A DNA stretch of 64,000 nt from Macrostomum lignano (lineage: Eukaryota): positions 97,049 through 161,048 of the forward strand of contig NIVC01001764.1 of NCBI GenBank assembly GCA_002269645.1. Direction: 5' to 3'. Of this stretch, positions 53,561 to 64,000 are shown in pieces; the first letter of the stretch is position 1, and each line of letters begins with the position of its first letter. Both the position numbers and the translations under genes were made by a program. Under the pieces are notes generated by a model that saw nothing but the letters and a program-made list of their open reading frames with translations, made no database searches and was not told the origin of the DNA.

Positions 53561-54069
53561 CAACAATCGTAGAACAGTTTGCGGCCATTTTATTTCCATA
53601 CACATCAATATTGGCACCGGTATAAATGTTAACAGGCCAATTAATATTTAGGCAGCTACAATGTATAAACACTTTCCAATCACCCATTTTTAGCACCTGT
53701 GCAGTGAACTTTTCTTATCGACTACTCTATAATAGCTCGTACCAAGCATGCTCCGGAATAATTGGCTTGGAATATAACTTGTCCAAATAGAAAGTTTCTG
53801 TAGCGATAGACCAGGCACAGAGGAGTACACAGAGGCTCTGTTGTTAGTTTTCTTTGGCGAATCAATTTCAACTGATAATGTTATCTGTTTGACCAAGCCA
53901 AAGGCTAATATCAAAAGCGAGAGCCAAAATTTCTTAGCAGTTAGAGATAAAGCTCTCAAAGAAGGCCGGAAAGTTATAACTGAAAATTTGACTGTACAAA
54001 TTCGGCTATTTGAACGACATTAACTTCTCGTGTCGGTTTCGTTGTCAGAATTACCGACTGCTAAATGTC

Positions 54070-54541
54070 ATGCTGACGAATCGACTGATTTTACTGGCCG
54101 TTCTGATCGGGTGAGGGTTGACAAATACTTTTTACTTACGATTTTGGCTTCAAAATACGCTAAAACTAATCAATATTATCATTATAGACTAATATATACC
54201 TAAAGAAACATTTCGTTTTAGAATATTTAGTTACTTAGTTAGTTAGTTAGTTGGTTGGTTAGTTAGTTAGCTAGTTAGCTAGTTCCATGGGTACCACAGC
54301 ACCGCAAATCCTAAAATCCTTCCCACAGCGGCTGTCTCGGCTTCAATGAGACAGACAGTTTGTTTGACATCGGCGGAGACGACCTGAATTTTGTCGATTC
54401 GCCAACGTCAATGCGCGACAATTTCCAGTACGCCGAGACCGACATCCTCGAGGAGCTGTACAATACCACTCGAGTGACCAAGCGGTCTACTCGATCTAAC
54501 CTGTGCACCTATCAGAGAAGCAAGACGCAATACTATCGATC
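54070..54541 (+). CDS. Exons 1-2: signal peptide and acidic propeptide
   Basis: MLTNRLILLAVLI(G|)GCLG then FNETDSLFDIGGDDLNFVDS...EELYNTTRVTKRSTRSNLC; phase-2 intron 54111-54328. Confidence 0.75.
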
Positions 54542-57500
54542 GTACGAACGATTGCCGCGTTGTTTTTGCTGTTGCTTATTTGTCTAGACACCTTGAACTT
54601 TTACTAATTATGCATTTGTTGAAATTACAAAAAACAGACGGGGCAGCTGGTGGCGAAGACGGCAGAACTCTCGAACGGTTATAGTCAATTATCAGGACTG
54701 CTGTCCCGGTTGGAGTCGCTATACTGGAGAGCCGTCCTGTCTACGCGGTGAGTGCATTTACGAGTAGAATATTCACGTCTGGGTTTCGGTCAGAAGACTT
54801 TTATTTCCTTCTGTAGCAAACGAAACTTGACCTACAGATTTCTAGATTTCTGTACTAGCCGGGTAATTTTAGGGTAAACTGGTGTTCTAGATTTTGCTGC
54901 CCCTTTCTTCTATTGTTGGAAGCAAACGTTTTCCAAAGCAGTGAACAGATAGTCAAGCAAACAAGCAAATATCTTGTCTATTTGAAAAGTTCAAGGTTTA
55001 TTCAAGTTTTTCAGCCATATGTTAGGCCAAATTGGGATTAACGAAGAATTGTTTTACCTGGATGCAGTATGCAGGTCATTAGAGTCAAGCCTTACTAATT
55101 CTTGCCGTTGATACATTTTTAAGTAACCAAAATAGTAATAATAAAACATTGGTCATTGTTCGTGAACTTGTTCAAGTTCTATCCATGTTAGGTAATAAAT
55201 AGTTTTATATTCTAAATCGAAAGATATTGAAAGTACATAACGCACTACTGTGCCCAGTAGTCAATGTCTCTAATCCAAACTGCCTTATCTATTCCAGCAA
55301 TCTGCTTCGGCCGCCTGCAGTACTGCCCCAATGGCGGCTCTTGCAACAGTCCGGACTTCTGCTCCAACTGCAATCCGACTCACTACAGTCCCCGCTGCGA
55401 CTGTGAGTGGTGGCTCATAGCTTGTGTAAAGCTTCATTTAAAAGCCACAGAAACGTGCATGCAGAGACATACGATCCGTACGTAAACCTAATTTCAGTGT
55501 GTCCACAAGTTCCGTTCTGCGCGCTGACTTACTGCACGCATTTGCCGAGCGCGATAGAGACGATGACCTGCCAGATTTGCATGTTCGATCACGGACCAAA
55601 GGGTCAGGCGTACAAGCTGAGTAGCGATCGGAAGGCTTGCATTGGTGAGTTAAAATTAGGCCTCACTTTCACGGCTCAACCATGAGCTTGTTGTAACAAA
55701 CTGAACATTGAGGGGACCTTTGGAGAGCTGCCGAAGAGCGAGACAGCAAGTATCTGATACGCGAGACAGCAAGTATCTGATACGGTACTTTGATTGCACT
55801 GAGTCCTGAGCACACATATGAGACATACCTATAGTGGCACGTGCTCATACAGGCTGTTACAACTGCCAAGAATTTCTCTGTCGTGAACACTGTCTGTGCC
55901 CTGAGGTTTCGCCCTCGTGATCCTTGTATGGAAAAAAGCGAAAGTCACGTCTTAACACCTGAGCTACTCTGCCCCCTCCTGAGAAGAGACCCTCTAGTTC
56001 GGTCTGACTCTTTAAGCTCGGATAAGTTCCGTATGGAGTTCCCACCTATAGGTAATATTACCAAAGCCTAAGACAAACATTTGAGGGTTAAAATAAAGTC
56101 GTCATAGATTCGAATTAAACTGCAGAAACCTGCTCGTGGAGGCGAGAGCACAACCTGTGCTTTCCAGGCGTGTGCAACGGGTATCACACGGAGTGCCAGT
56201 GCGATGCTGGCTTCACATCGACACCTGGAGCGAGGGACTGTCTAAAAAGTAAACAAACCACAATAAGACAACCTTGATTTGCAGAATTGAAACGTAAAAA
56301 AGATTCATCTTGGATATACTAGCATACCGTATTGACTTTCAGTTGTCACGAAGCCAACGGTACTGACTGCGACAATGACAGTGAGAATTCCTCCGGATGG
56401 AACCAGTAGGTAGATGCCTGGAGCCTTAGAAATTCATAGTTTTTTAAGATATAAAATTTCCTAACGATTTTTTCAGCACCGAAGGACGATGTTACAATTG
56501 ACTTCCATAAATCACCAAACTCGGTGAACTATATTAATACTAAACCAGGTGAGTGATCCAAAACAATAGCCATCTGATAGCCATACGCTAATGCAGTTAT
56601 TTTTCACTGAAATATTCACCTTCTCAGCTCCAAACAGGAAAATCCAGCTTGAGTGGACAGCAACAAGCCGCTTCAAGCCCACAATATCCAGTCCGGGTCC
56701 TCGCGAACACTTCATCCCACCGTCCGGTTACAAGATCGGCCTTGTGCGAGAAAATTTCGTTTTCGTGCTGTCCGGAAACCGTGAGTTTCACACACGTGGA
56801 CATACAGTACCTAGCTATACTTTCGGCTAGGTAAGCTTAGTGCCGCATCTTCATTGCAGAGAATTTTCCCGACAACTCGATCGGTCCTCTGGAAGAGACT
56901 GGGATCAGTCCGTCTAACCCGAAGCTCGCAGAACGCGCCTTTACCGGACAGCTGAACCAGCTGCCTCCGGCCGGCTGGCAGCTGCAGTCCGGACACTCGC
57001 TCAAGTACACGTACTCGGTGTACAACGGCGGCTTCGTCACTGTCGCTGACCTCGACGCCAGAGGAGCCACGCATCCGAGATTTCTCACCGGAGAGTCGTT
57101 TACTCAGGCTGGAACATTCGTGTTTGACTACAGCCTGCCGTACCACTGCACAGTGGCGGGACACGGAGCTCGACCCTGCACTCAGCCATTCGACCAGCGA
57201 ATGCTTGAGCTTAGCGAAGCCTTCACCAAGCAGGTATGAGGCTTGAAATGACATGATTTTGATCGTTGAAACACATCTAAGAATGCGCTAACGTACTTTT
57301 GATAGAATCAAATCAACGGTAAATTCGGAGGCTGGAGAGACGATCACGCTGGAGTGCTGCAGTACGACATTGAGCTCAAGCTCATGCACAAAGTCGGAGA
57401 GGTGCTGAAGGAGAACGAGATGGTGGGCTCTGAGCACAAAATCATTGATTTGAATGGCGAGGGCGAGGATGAGAGACGAAATGGCGGAAACCGAGAGTTC

Positions 57501-60500
57501 AGTGTTCACTTTGACTTGCCTCCCGACGAGCCGTCGGTCTACACTGTTGTGGTGACGGTGCGCGATGCGGTCAGGAACTCGATCAAGAATGTGAGACGCA
57601 GCAGACGCTTCTTTATCTTTGATAACTCGTCGAGCGTGGAAAGCAGGGACGAGCGCTATCCTCTCGGTGTAGACGATACCGTCAACAATAGAGGATTGTG
57701 GTGGCTTCGACGGCTGGACGGAAACGTCGCGTTCCGATGGACGGACAACCTGATCAACGAGTTGCACACAGGTCAAGGCTTTCTGCTACCGATCGAGCAT
57801 GTGCCGGAGTTCTACGGTGACGGCTACGATCAGACTTCCGGACCTCGGAGCATCCACCCGATCGAAAACGTGCACGGAGTTGTGCGCTTCGCGTCCCAGT
57901 TCGGAGTGGACGCGGTCGGTGGTCGCAGTCTGCAACAGCCGGATCAAAGCCGGTGGCTCACCACCACCGACATTCACGCCCAGATGCAGAGCTTTCGCTT
58001 CGATAGACGAGACGGCGAGTCAGCAAAGTTCTGGGTGATTGGCGAGGATGTGATGGGCAACAGCCGTGTGAACAGCTTCCTCATGCACATTGACTCCTCA
58101 CCTGCAGAGTTAGGGACGCTCAGTCTGACTAACAGAGGCGTCGAGGGCTCGTTGTGCACCACAGCAGAGACCTACACAGTTTGAGGTGAGTCCGTTGAAT
58201 GCAAAAACTGCTGATATGGACTCGAGTGCCATGACATTTTTGCCCGTTTGTAGAGCTCACTGGACCGCGTCCGACTTGCACAGCGGCTTGCACACTGTGC
58301 TGTGGGAGATCTTCGACAACCACACTGACGAGATTGTGCAGATGTACTCCAACATGGAAGGACGGAGACATTTCGACAGTCTTACGGTAAGAAAGCTTAT
58401 TAAAAAATGACTGTAGAAACAGGCAAATGATTTGTAAGTGCCGGATCGATTCCAGCTGTGCCAAAGAGATTCCGAGAGACCAGACAACTGCTACTGCACT
58501 CAAGCTACTGGCTGCTACAACTCATTCTTTGCGGCATCGCCAAACACAAATGCCACAACGGAGCACAACCACGATTTGCACATTCGACTCATAGTTACAA
58601 ACGGAGCGGAGTTGGTGGCGAGCAGCATGATGAAGATTAGCATCGATTTGTCTGCTCCTCATCCTGGCCACGTGTTCGACGGCGCGCCTGGCGATGAAGA
58701 GGTCGACTTCCAGAACGGGCGACACCTGACGGCGCACTGGAGCGGCTTCTTTGATCCCGAGAGCGGAGTACGAATGTACAGATATGGCTTCGGAGTATCC
58801 TGTCAGTCAGAGTCGCAACTCATCCAAGAGACGACGGGTCTTGAGGCGAGCTGGGAGGCTCCTGGTCCTGGTCGGTACTTCGTCACGGTAGTCGCTTTCA
58901 ATAACGCGATGGAGCCGTCTGCCGCTGTGTGCTCTGACGGAGTCCTGATCACGGATCAAAGGCCAGAAGTGAGCGAGTTGAGCATCGAGAGTCTTCGAGT
59001 CCGTCCAGGACTCATCCTGGACGCCAGCTCGCAGGAGATCTGGTACCTGACCGACCTTGGTCGCAGACAGAAACTTCTAAACGATAATGAGACGTGCAGG
59101 TAGAGCCAACAGTCTGCTAATTAGCTCCTGTGATCAGAGGTCGTTAATAATGGAAGCGTCTCTTTTTCAGAGCTCGAGCAACCGTGATGGCGGACAGTGG
59201 AGTTCTGGCACTTGATCTCAGCAAGTTCAATCGCACTGTAGTGCTCACTCACGAAGGAGAGTTCTGTGAGCAAATCGGACCAGCTGGAACTGAGTTCTAT
59301 CTCACCAAGGACGACAGGGTAAGGCGCGTGTATTGCTGAGTATTTTTGAGAAGAAGCTTCTTATCAGAGAGCAGGCACTGCATTTCAGCTGAAACTAAGC
59401 TGGATTGCCTCCGACAGTGTTTCCGGACTGAGGCACTCCATCGTGTCAGTAATGAGCAACGAGGACTCCGTGTCTGATTTTGCCAATCGCGTAGTCACGA
59501 CACACTCTAGCGAAATTCTCGACCACATTGATTTGAAAGATGGTCAGCAGATCTACGTGACAATAGCGGCAGTAAACAGAGCGGGACTGTCGTCAAACAT
59601 GGTGAGATTTACACTGCAACTTATCTAGACTGCTTGCTATGAAACGGTGAATGTTTGTTCGTATCATTTTAGAGTGTCGGACCACTGACTGTAGACACCA
59701 GTCCACCGAGCTTCTCGGGCTCATTGTCCGTCAGTACCAACAATGAGCACTTGTTAGTCCGTTGGGATGCGGCGACTTCGTAGATCCGGAGTCCGAGTCG
59801 CTCGAGTTTGAGATCGGAGTCGGTTAGTGTCTGTCAATCTGTTATCTCATACTGGAGATTAAGGCAATGCATCGCTTAGTTCTCATGGTTTAATTTTATA
59901 GGCAGCAAGGAGCACTCTACAGACATTGTTCATTTCGAGAGGGTCAAGCAAGGACCTGAGTGCAGTCACAGTCACACGCCAGTGACTTGCGCATCTCTGG
60001 AGCTGAGCCAGCTTGACTGGAGTTTAATCGGCGATCACACATACTACGTGTCCATCCGATCCGATGCACCTATGAAGCTCAGCTAAGAACTGTTGCATTC
60101 GCTGAGCCAATTGTACATAACAACCGACTTCCCAGTGTCGGTTTCGTTACTGACGAGGATCCGAGTATCGACTCGGACTCAATGCTCGGGGTAAAGTGGT
60201 ACTTTGATAGCCTAAAAGATACCAGTTGTGTATTTTAGCGTGAATTTTGAGTACACGAAGAAAAACACTGACATGCTCAATTTTAGACACCACACGACAT
60301 TCAGTATCAGCTGCGATCGGACTCGCTAAGGTCGCGATGGACCGGATTCAAATTCGCAAACGAGTTCCATGTTTCGGTTGTGGATTCTCAGCACAAGGAG
60401 CTCGCATCTGTGACCCTCCCTTCAAATGCAACTCGACATCAGTTTGACGGACTCAAGTTGGATGTATTCAAGGCAAGCTTATACACAGTCGTTCGATTCA

Positions 60501-63500
60501 GACTCGAAATGGTTTCATTCATTCAAATTATGTCTCTTCTGTTTGATTACGCTTCAGACCTACTTTACTCGAGTAACAGCATCGAATGTGGTCGGAAGCG
60601 TCTCTGCAGAGTCAAGCGGTGTTACTGTCGAGTCTCGAGAGCCCCTCCTCGAATTGAGACCTGTGAACTGGAGACCCGACAATGATGGGTCGCTGACGAT
60701 AATTTTCCAAAGCTCTTTGTCCACGGTTGGTTTGAAGTGGACAAAGCCGAAATCACCCCTCGATCTGCTGTTTCACGACGTCAGTTGGGGTCTCGAGTTG
60801 AAGCGAGGAGACGGTACGGTAGAAAATCATTTCTCCTTGTTTATCTGCAAGTAGACTGAGTTGCTTCCCGTCTTGACCCACTCGCTTTAGATTGGATCAC
60901 AGTGGAAGAGTTTAGACGCGTCTCGCACTCGGGCGAGACGGTCCTCGTCACGAATTTGCACCTCATCGATGGGGCCACTTACCGATCGAGAATGAAGCTC
61001 TGTCATGGTGAAGTTTGCTCAGAGGTCGAGACTGCTCCAGACTTTGTGGTCCTGCACACTTCCCCAGTGGCTGGAGCGTGGAGTGTCAATCTTGAAGATG
61101 ACAACCAAACAGTATGCTGAACAACATACTCTGTTACAAATGCATTTATTGCGTCTAAACAAGAATATTTTCTTTTGTTTTCAGATCACAGTGCAGATGG
61201 ACGAGTTCAAGCAGCTAGGATCAGCAGGAAGCAGTGTTATCAGCGGATACCAGTGGTCATTGCAACACGATGGTGCCAACATCGTACAATGGACGGAATG
61301 AAACTTGATTCGAGTAACTCGGTAGGTGGCTGCTTCACTTGAAACAATGAAACAATGCTGGTATGTAGCTACCTCCTAATTTGACTATTTATAACTTTAG
61401 ACTAAATCTATCTCTACCGTGGCCTCTGAAAATCGACGAAATGCATCCGTTTTGCGATTCGCTGCTTCAACAAGGCAGGCCTGTCGACTGTAGACAGTAG
61501 AGAGCTGAGAGACTGCAGCGCGTACGACCCGAAGCTGATAAGTAATCCGAACGTGATGGACGCGATCGGGCCAGTGAAGCTTGAGAAAAATGACCAATGG
61601 AGCGATGACGTGGACTACTCAAACTCGAGCGCTCGACTTGCAGCGGTGTGGCCCCAGCTGAGATATTTGGTGAGAGAACAGGGCCATAAGAAACAAGCTT
61701 TAAAAGCATACATGCATGGTTACCAAAATAGGATATAATCCTTACAGAACTACGAATGGGCTGTTCTAGCAGCCAGTGGGACCGGAGGCTCCGGTTACTA
61801 TGACCGAATTCTGCTTGAGCCGCCAAAACGGCCGACGAGTCACGCGAATGCGATCGCAGGCGGCTTTACTCGGGATGAGTTCGTAAACGTTCCCGGAGTT
61901 CAGCTTCAACCAGGGACTCGGTATCACGTGTGCATTCACGCTAACGAAACTTTGCTGCAATTTGAGAAGTTCACTCAGCTGTTGCCTGAGTTAAGCGAGT
62001 GCAGCGATGGCGTCACTGTGCTTGGAGATGTAGCAACCGAAGGCAGGATCGCAGTGAATGGACGATTTGCCAATCAGATGCTGGTAAGTTGAATGTCGAT
62101 TTTGCAGTAAGTTTTACAAAGTAGATGTTTTAATGAATTCATTCATTGTTTGCAGTCATCTGTGACTGAGTTTCTTCTCGAGTGGTCAGGATTCGAGTCT
62201 GGAACGTCTACGGACATGCCGCACGTGACTGACATAAAGTACTACGAATACTGCATTGGATCATTCGCCTCCGGTTGCGACCTAATCGATTGGAAAAACG
62301 TCGGCGGTGCTCGCAGTGTGATTGTGACTCAGCTCAAGGGAGTCCTTCAGGAAGGTCACGTCTACTTTGTCTCGGTGAGAGGTAAGTGAAGAATTGAATT
62401 TCGCAAATAAACTACTGAGCTTCTATTGACTTGTGCCTTATGCTCCAGCTGTCGACTTCATCGGTCGCGAGAGTCGGTCAAAGCCCCGGTCGATCCGAGT
62501 GGTGCTGCACGGTCCTAAGTCCAATCACTCAGCAGCTATCTCTGTGGGTCTGCGGCATGTAATCTCGAACAGCAATGGCCAAGAAGTTGCTGGAACGGTA
62601 GATTCTCTGACCCCGTCGCGGGCATTCGTCGCTACTGGGTCGGTCTCGGATCTTCGCCCGGTCGTCCTGATGTCATTCCGTACACTGAATCAGATGGCGA
62701 GTGTGTTTGGTGGACAACCAAGCAGCTGTCATACTCCAGAGACGGACAGCACTACTGGGTGCTGCTGAGAGCTGAGAACTTTGCCGGACTTATATCGAGC
62801 GACCACTCGAAGCCAGTGCTCGTAGACAGAAGTCCACCAGTAGCTGGATCGGTGATCGATATCGACCCGACCGTATCAAACAGCACCGACTGCAACTTTC
62901 GGTTCAATATGGACGGCATCTCAGCAAAATGGACCGACTTCCATGATCCTCACAGTCACGTGAGGGACTATTCGGTGGCGATCGGATCATGTCCAGGTTG
63001 CCAAGACGTGATGCCGTATCTTCACGTCGGTGTTCGACACAGTAAGTCAAACGAAGCTAATTATGCTCATTACTAACTCTAAACAAAGAATACAGACGTA
63101 CTTTGCTTACTTCAGGTATAAAGATTGACCACCTGCGTTTGCAACCTGGACAGAGGTACTTTGTCAATGTCAAAGGCTGCAACGCGGGGGATCTCTGTTC
63201 TGTGGCGTCTTCCGATGGTGTCATTTTGGATTCCACACCTCCGTTGAACGGAATCATCTTGATTGGTTCAAGCGACGCAAACCAACAGTACCTGCGATCA
63301 AGGTGAGTAAATGTGTTTTTAGTAACAATTTTATCATAATGACTTGATACGCTGAAAGCCACTCATAGCCTAAACATGCATGCTGTACTTTTGCATGTGT
63401 AGCTCATCGCTAGAGTTTTCGCTATACGGTTTCAACGATCCAGAGTCCGACATTGCATATCACCGTTGGGGAGTCGGTCGCGAAGAGTCTGACTCGCCGG

Positions 63501-63919
63501 ATGTTATAGCCTGGATCAAAACTTTCGAAAGGAAGTTTGTGCGACACTCTGGAAGCTTGCCAACGGGCATACGTCTAAAGGTGTTTGTGGAAACTGTGAA
63601 TAAAGCAGGTGAGCGGCGGGCATGACGTAATCATAGCGTCGATCGTGCTAAACTTTGCTGAATATTTGAACAACATTTTTACAACCATTTAGGTCTTACG
63701 ACATTGACTGAGTCGAGCAAGTTTCTGATTGACGACACACCTCCCGAGATCGAGACTGCTCTCTCAGCAAGCGAGACTTTCGGTCAGATTGAGCCGAACT
63801 GGCTCGTCCTGGACGACATCATGGTGGTAGAGTGGAGCGTCTTTGACAAGGAGAGCGGCATCAAAGAACACTGGATCTCTCTGTCTAACCATGATAACGG
63901 ACGAGTGACGTTCGAGCCC
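54070..63919 (+). CDS. Large uncharacterised secreted protein: signal peptide, EMI-like and EGF-like modules, tandem FN3-like repeats; continues past the window; six frame breaks
   Basis: Exons 54070-54110, 54329-54541, 54638(or 54647)-54747, 55298-55402, 55498-55644, 56126-56248, 56343-56405, 56477-56548, 56628-56780, 56860-57233, 57306-58185, 58254-58386, 58456-59099, 59171-59318, 59389-59601, 59673-59822, 59902-60190, 60287-60472, 60558-60813, 60891-61111, 61185-61321, 61401-61669, 61748-62083, 62156-62381, 62449-63041, 63116-63302, 63403-63608, 63693-63919. Splice phases are consistent once six net -1 breaks are corrected. Repeating D-x-(S/T)PP...W-x-x-F-x-D-x-ESG...Y...V-x-A-x-N-x-AGL signature. 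Confidence 0.88.
54638..56248 (+). CDS. Exons 3-6: EMI-like (CCPGW) and EGF-like cysteine modules
   Basis: VNYQDCCPGWSRYTGEPSC; CPNGGSCNSPDFCSNCNPTHYSPRC; CSWRREHNLCFPGVCNGYHTECQCDAGF. Confidence 0.85.
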
Positions 63920-64000
63920 GTAAGGTATCTGACCTAGTTTTGCAGCTGATTTATTCAATTTTTAGACGTAAACTAATGCTGCGCACCTCTTTGTTGACAT

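Noticed and set aside
53690-53959. 89-aa minus-strand ORF with a hydrophobic start
   Set aside because: Starts at TTG, no clear acceptor, no recognisable domain.
58417-58455. Apparent in-frame TAA at 58435 in the big gene
   Set aside because: Avoided by the in-phase acceptor TTCCAG ending at 58455, so not counted as a lesion.

Overview
Repeat-saturated animal genomic DNA, not prokaryotic. The GPCR type and dense simple repeats suggest a lophotrochozoan, possibly a free-living flatworm (inference, unverified). (1) A furin/kexin-like proprotein convertase (S8B) on the minus strand: 8 spliced exons from 23261 to beyond position 1, with each large intron filled by different micro/minisatellites. 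(2) A ~13 kb block upstream of it: a 46-bp satellite array with a structurally complete Ty3/gypsy LTR retrotransposon inserted (24295-29009; identical 174-bp LTRs, TA...CA ends, probable 4-bp TSD, -1 frameshift signal, one gag nonsense codon and one RNase H frameshift). (3) An intronless, motif-divergent class A GPCR (42873-44249, minus). (4) A large compact plus-strand gene (54070 to beyond 64000, at least 28 exons) encoding a secreted protein of unknown function: signal peptide, acidic propeptide, EMI/EGF-like modules, then tandem FN3-like repeats. Six exons carry same-direction (net -1) frame breaks. Most long ORFs in the supplied track are artefacts of tandem repeats. All coordinates were read by eye, and repeat boundaries are approximate.
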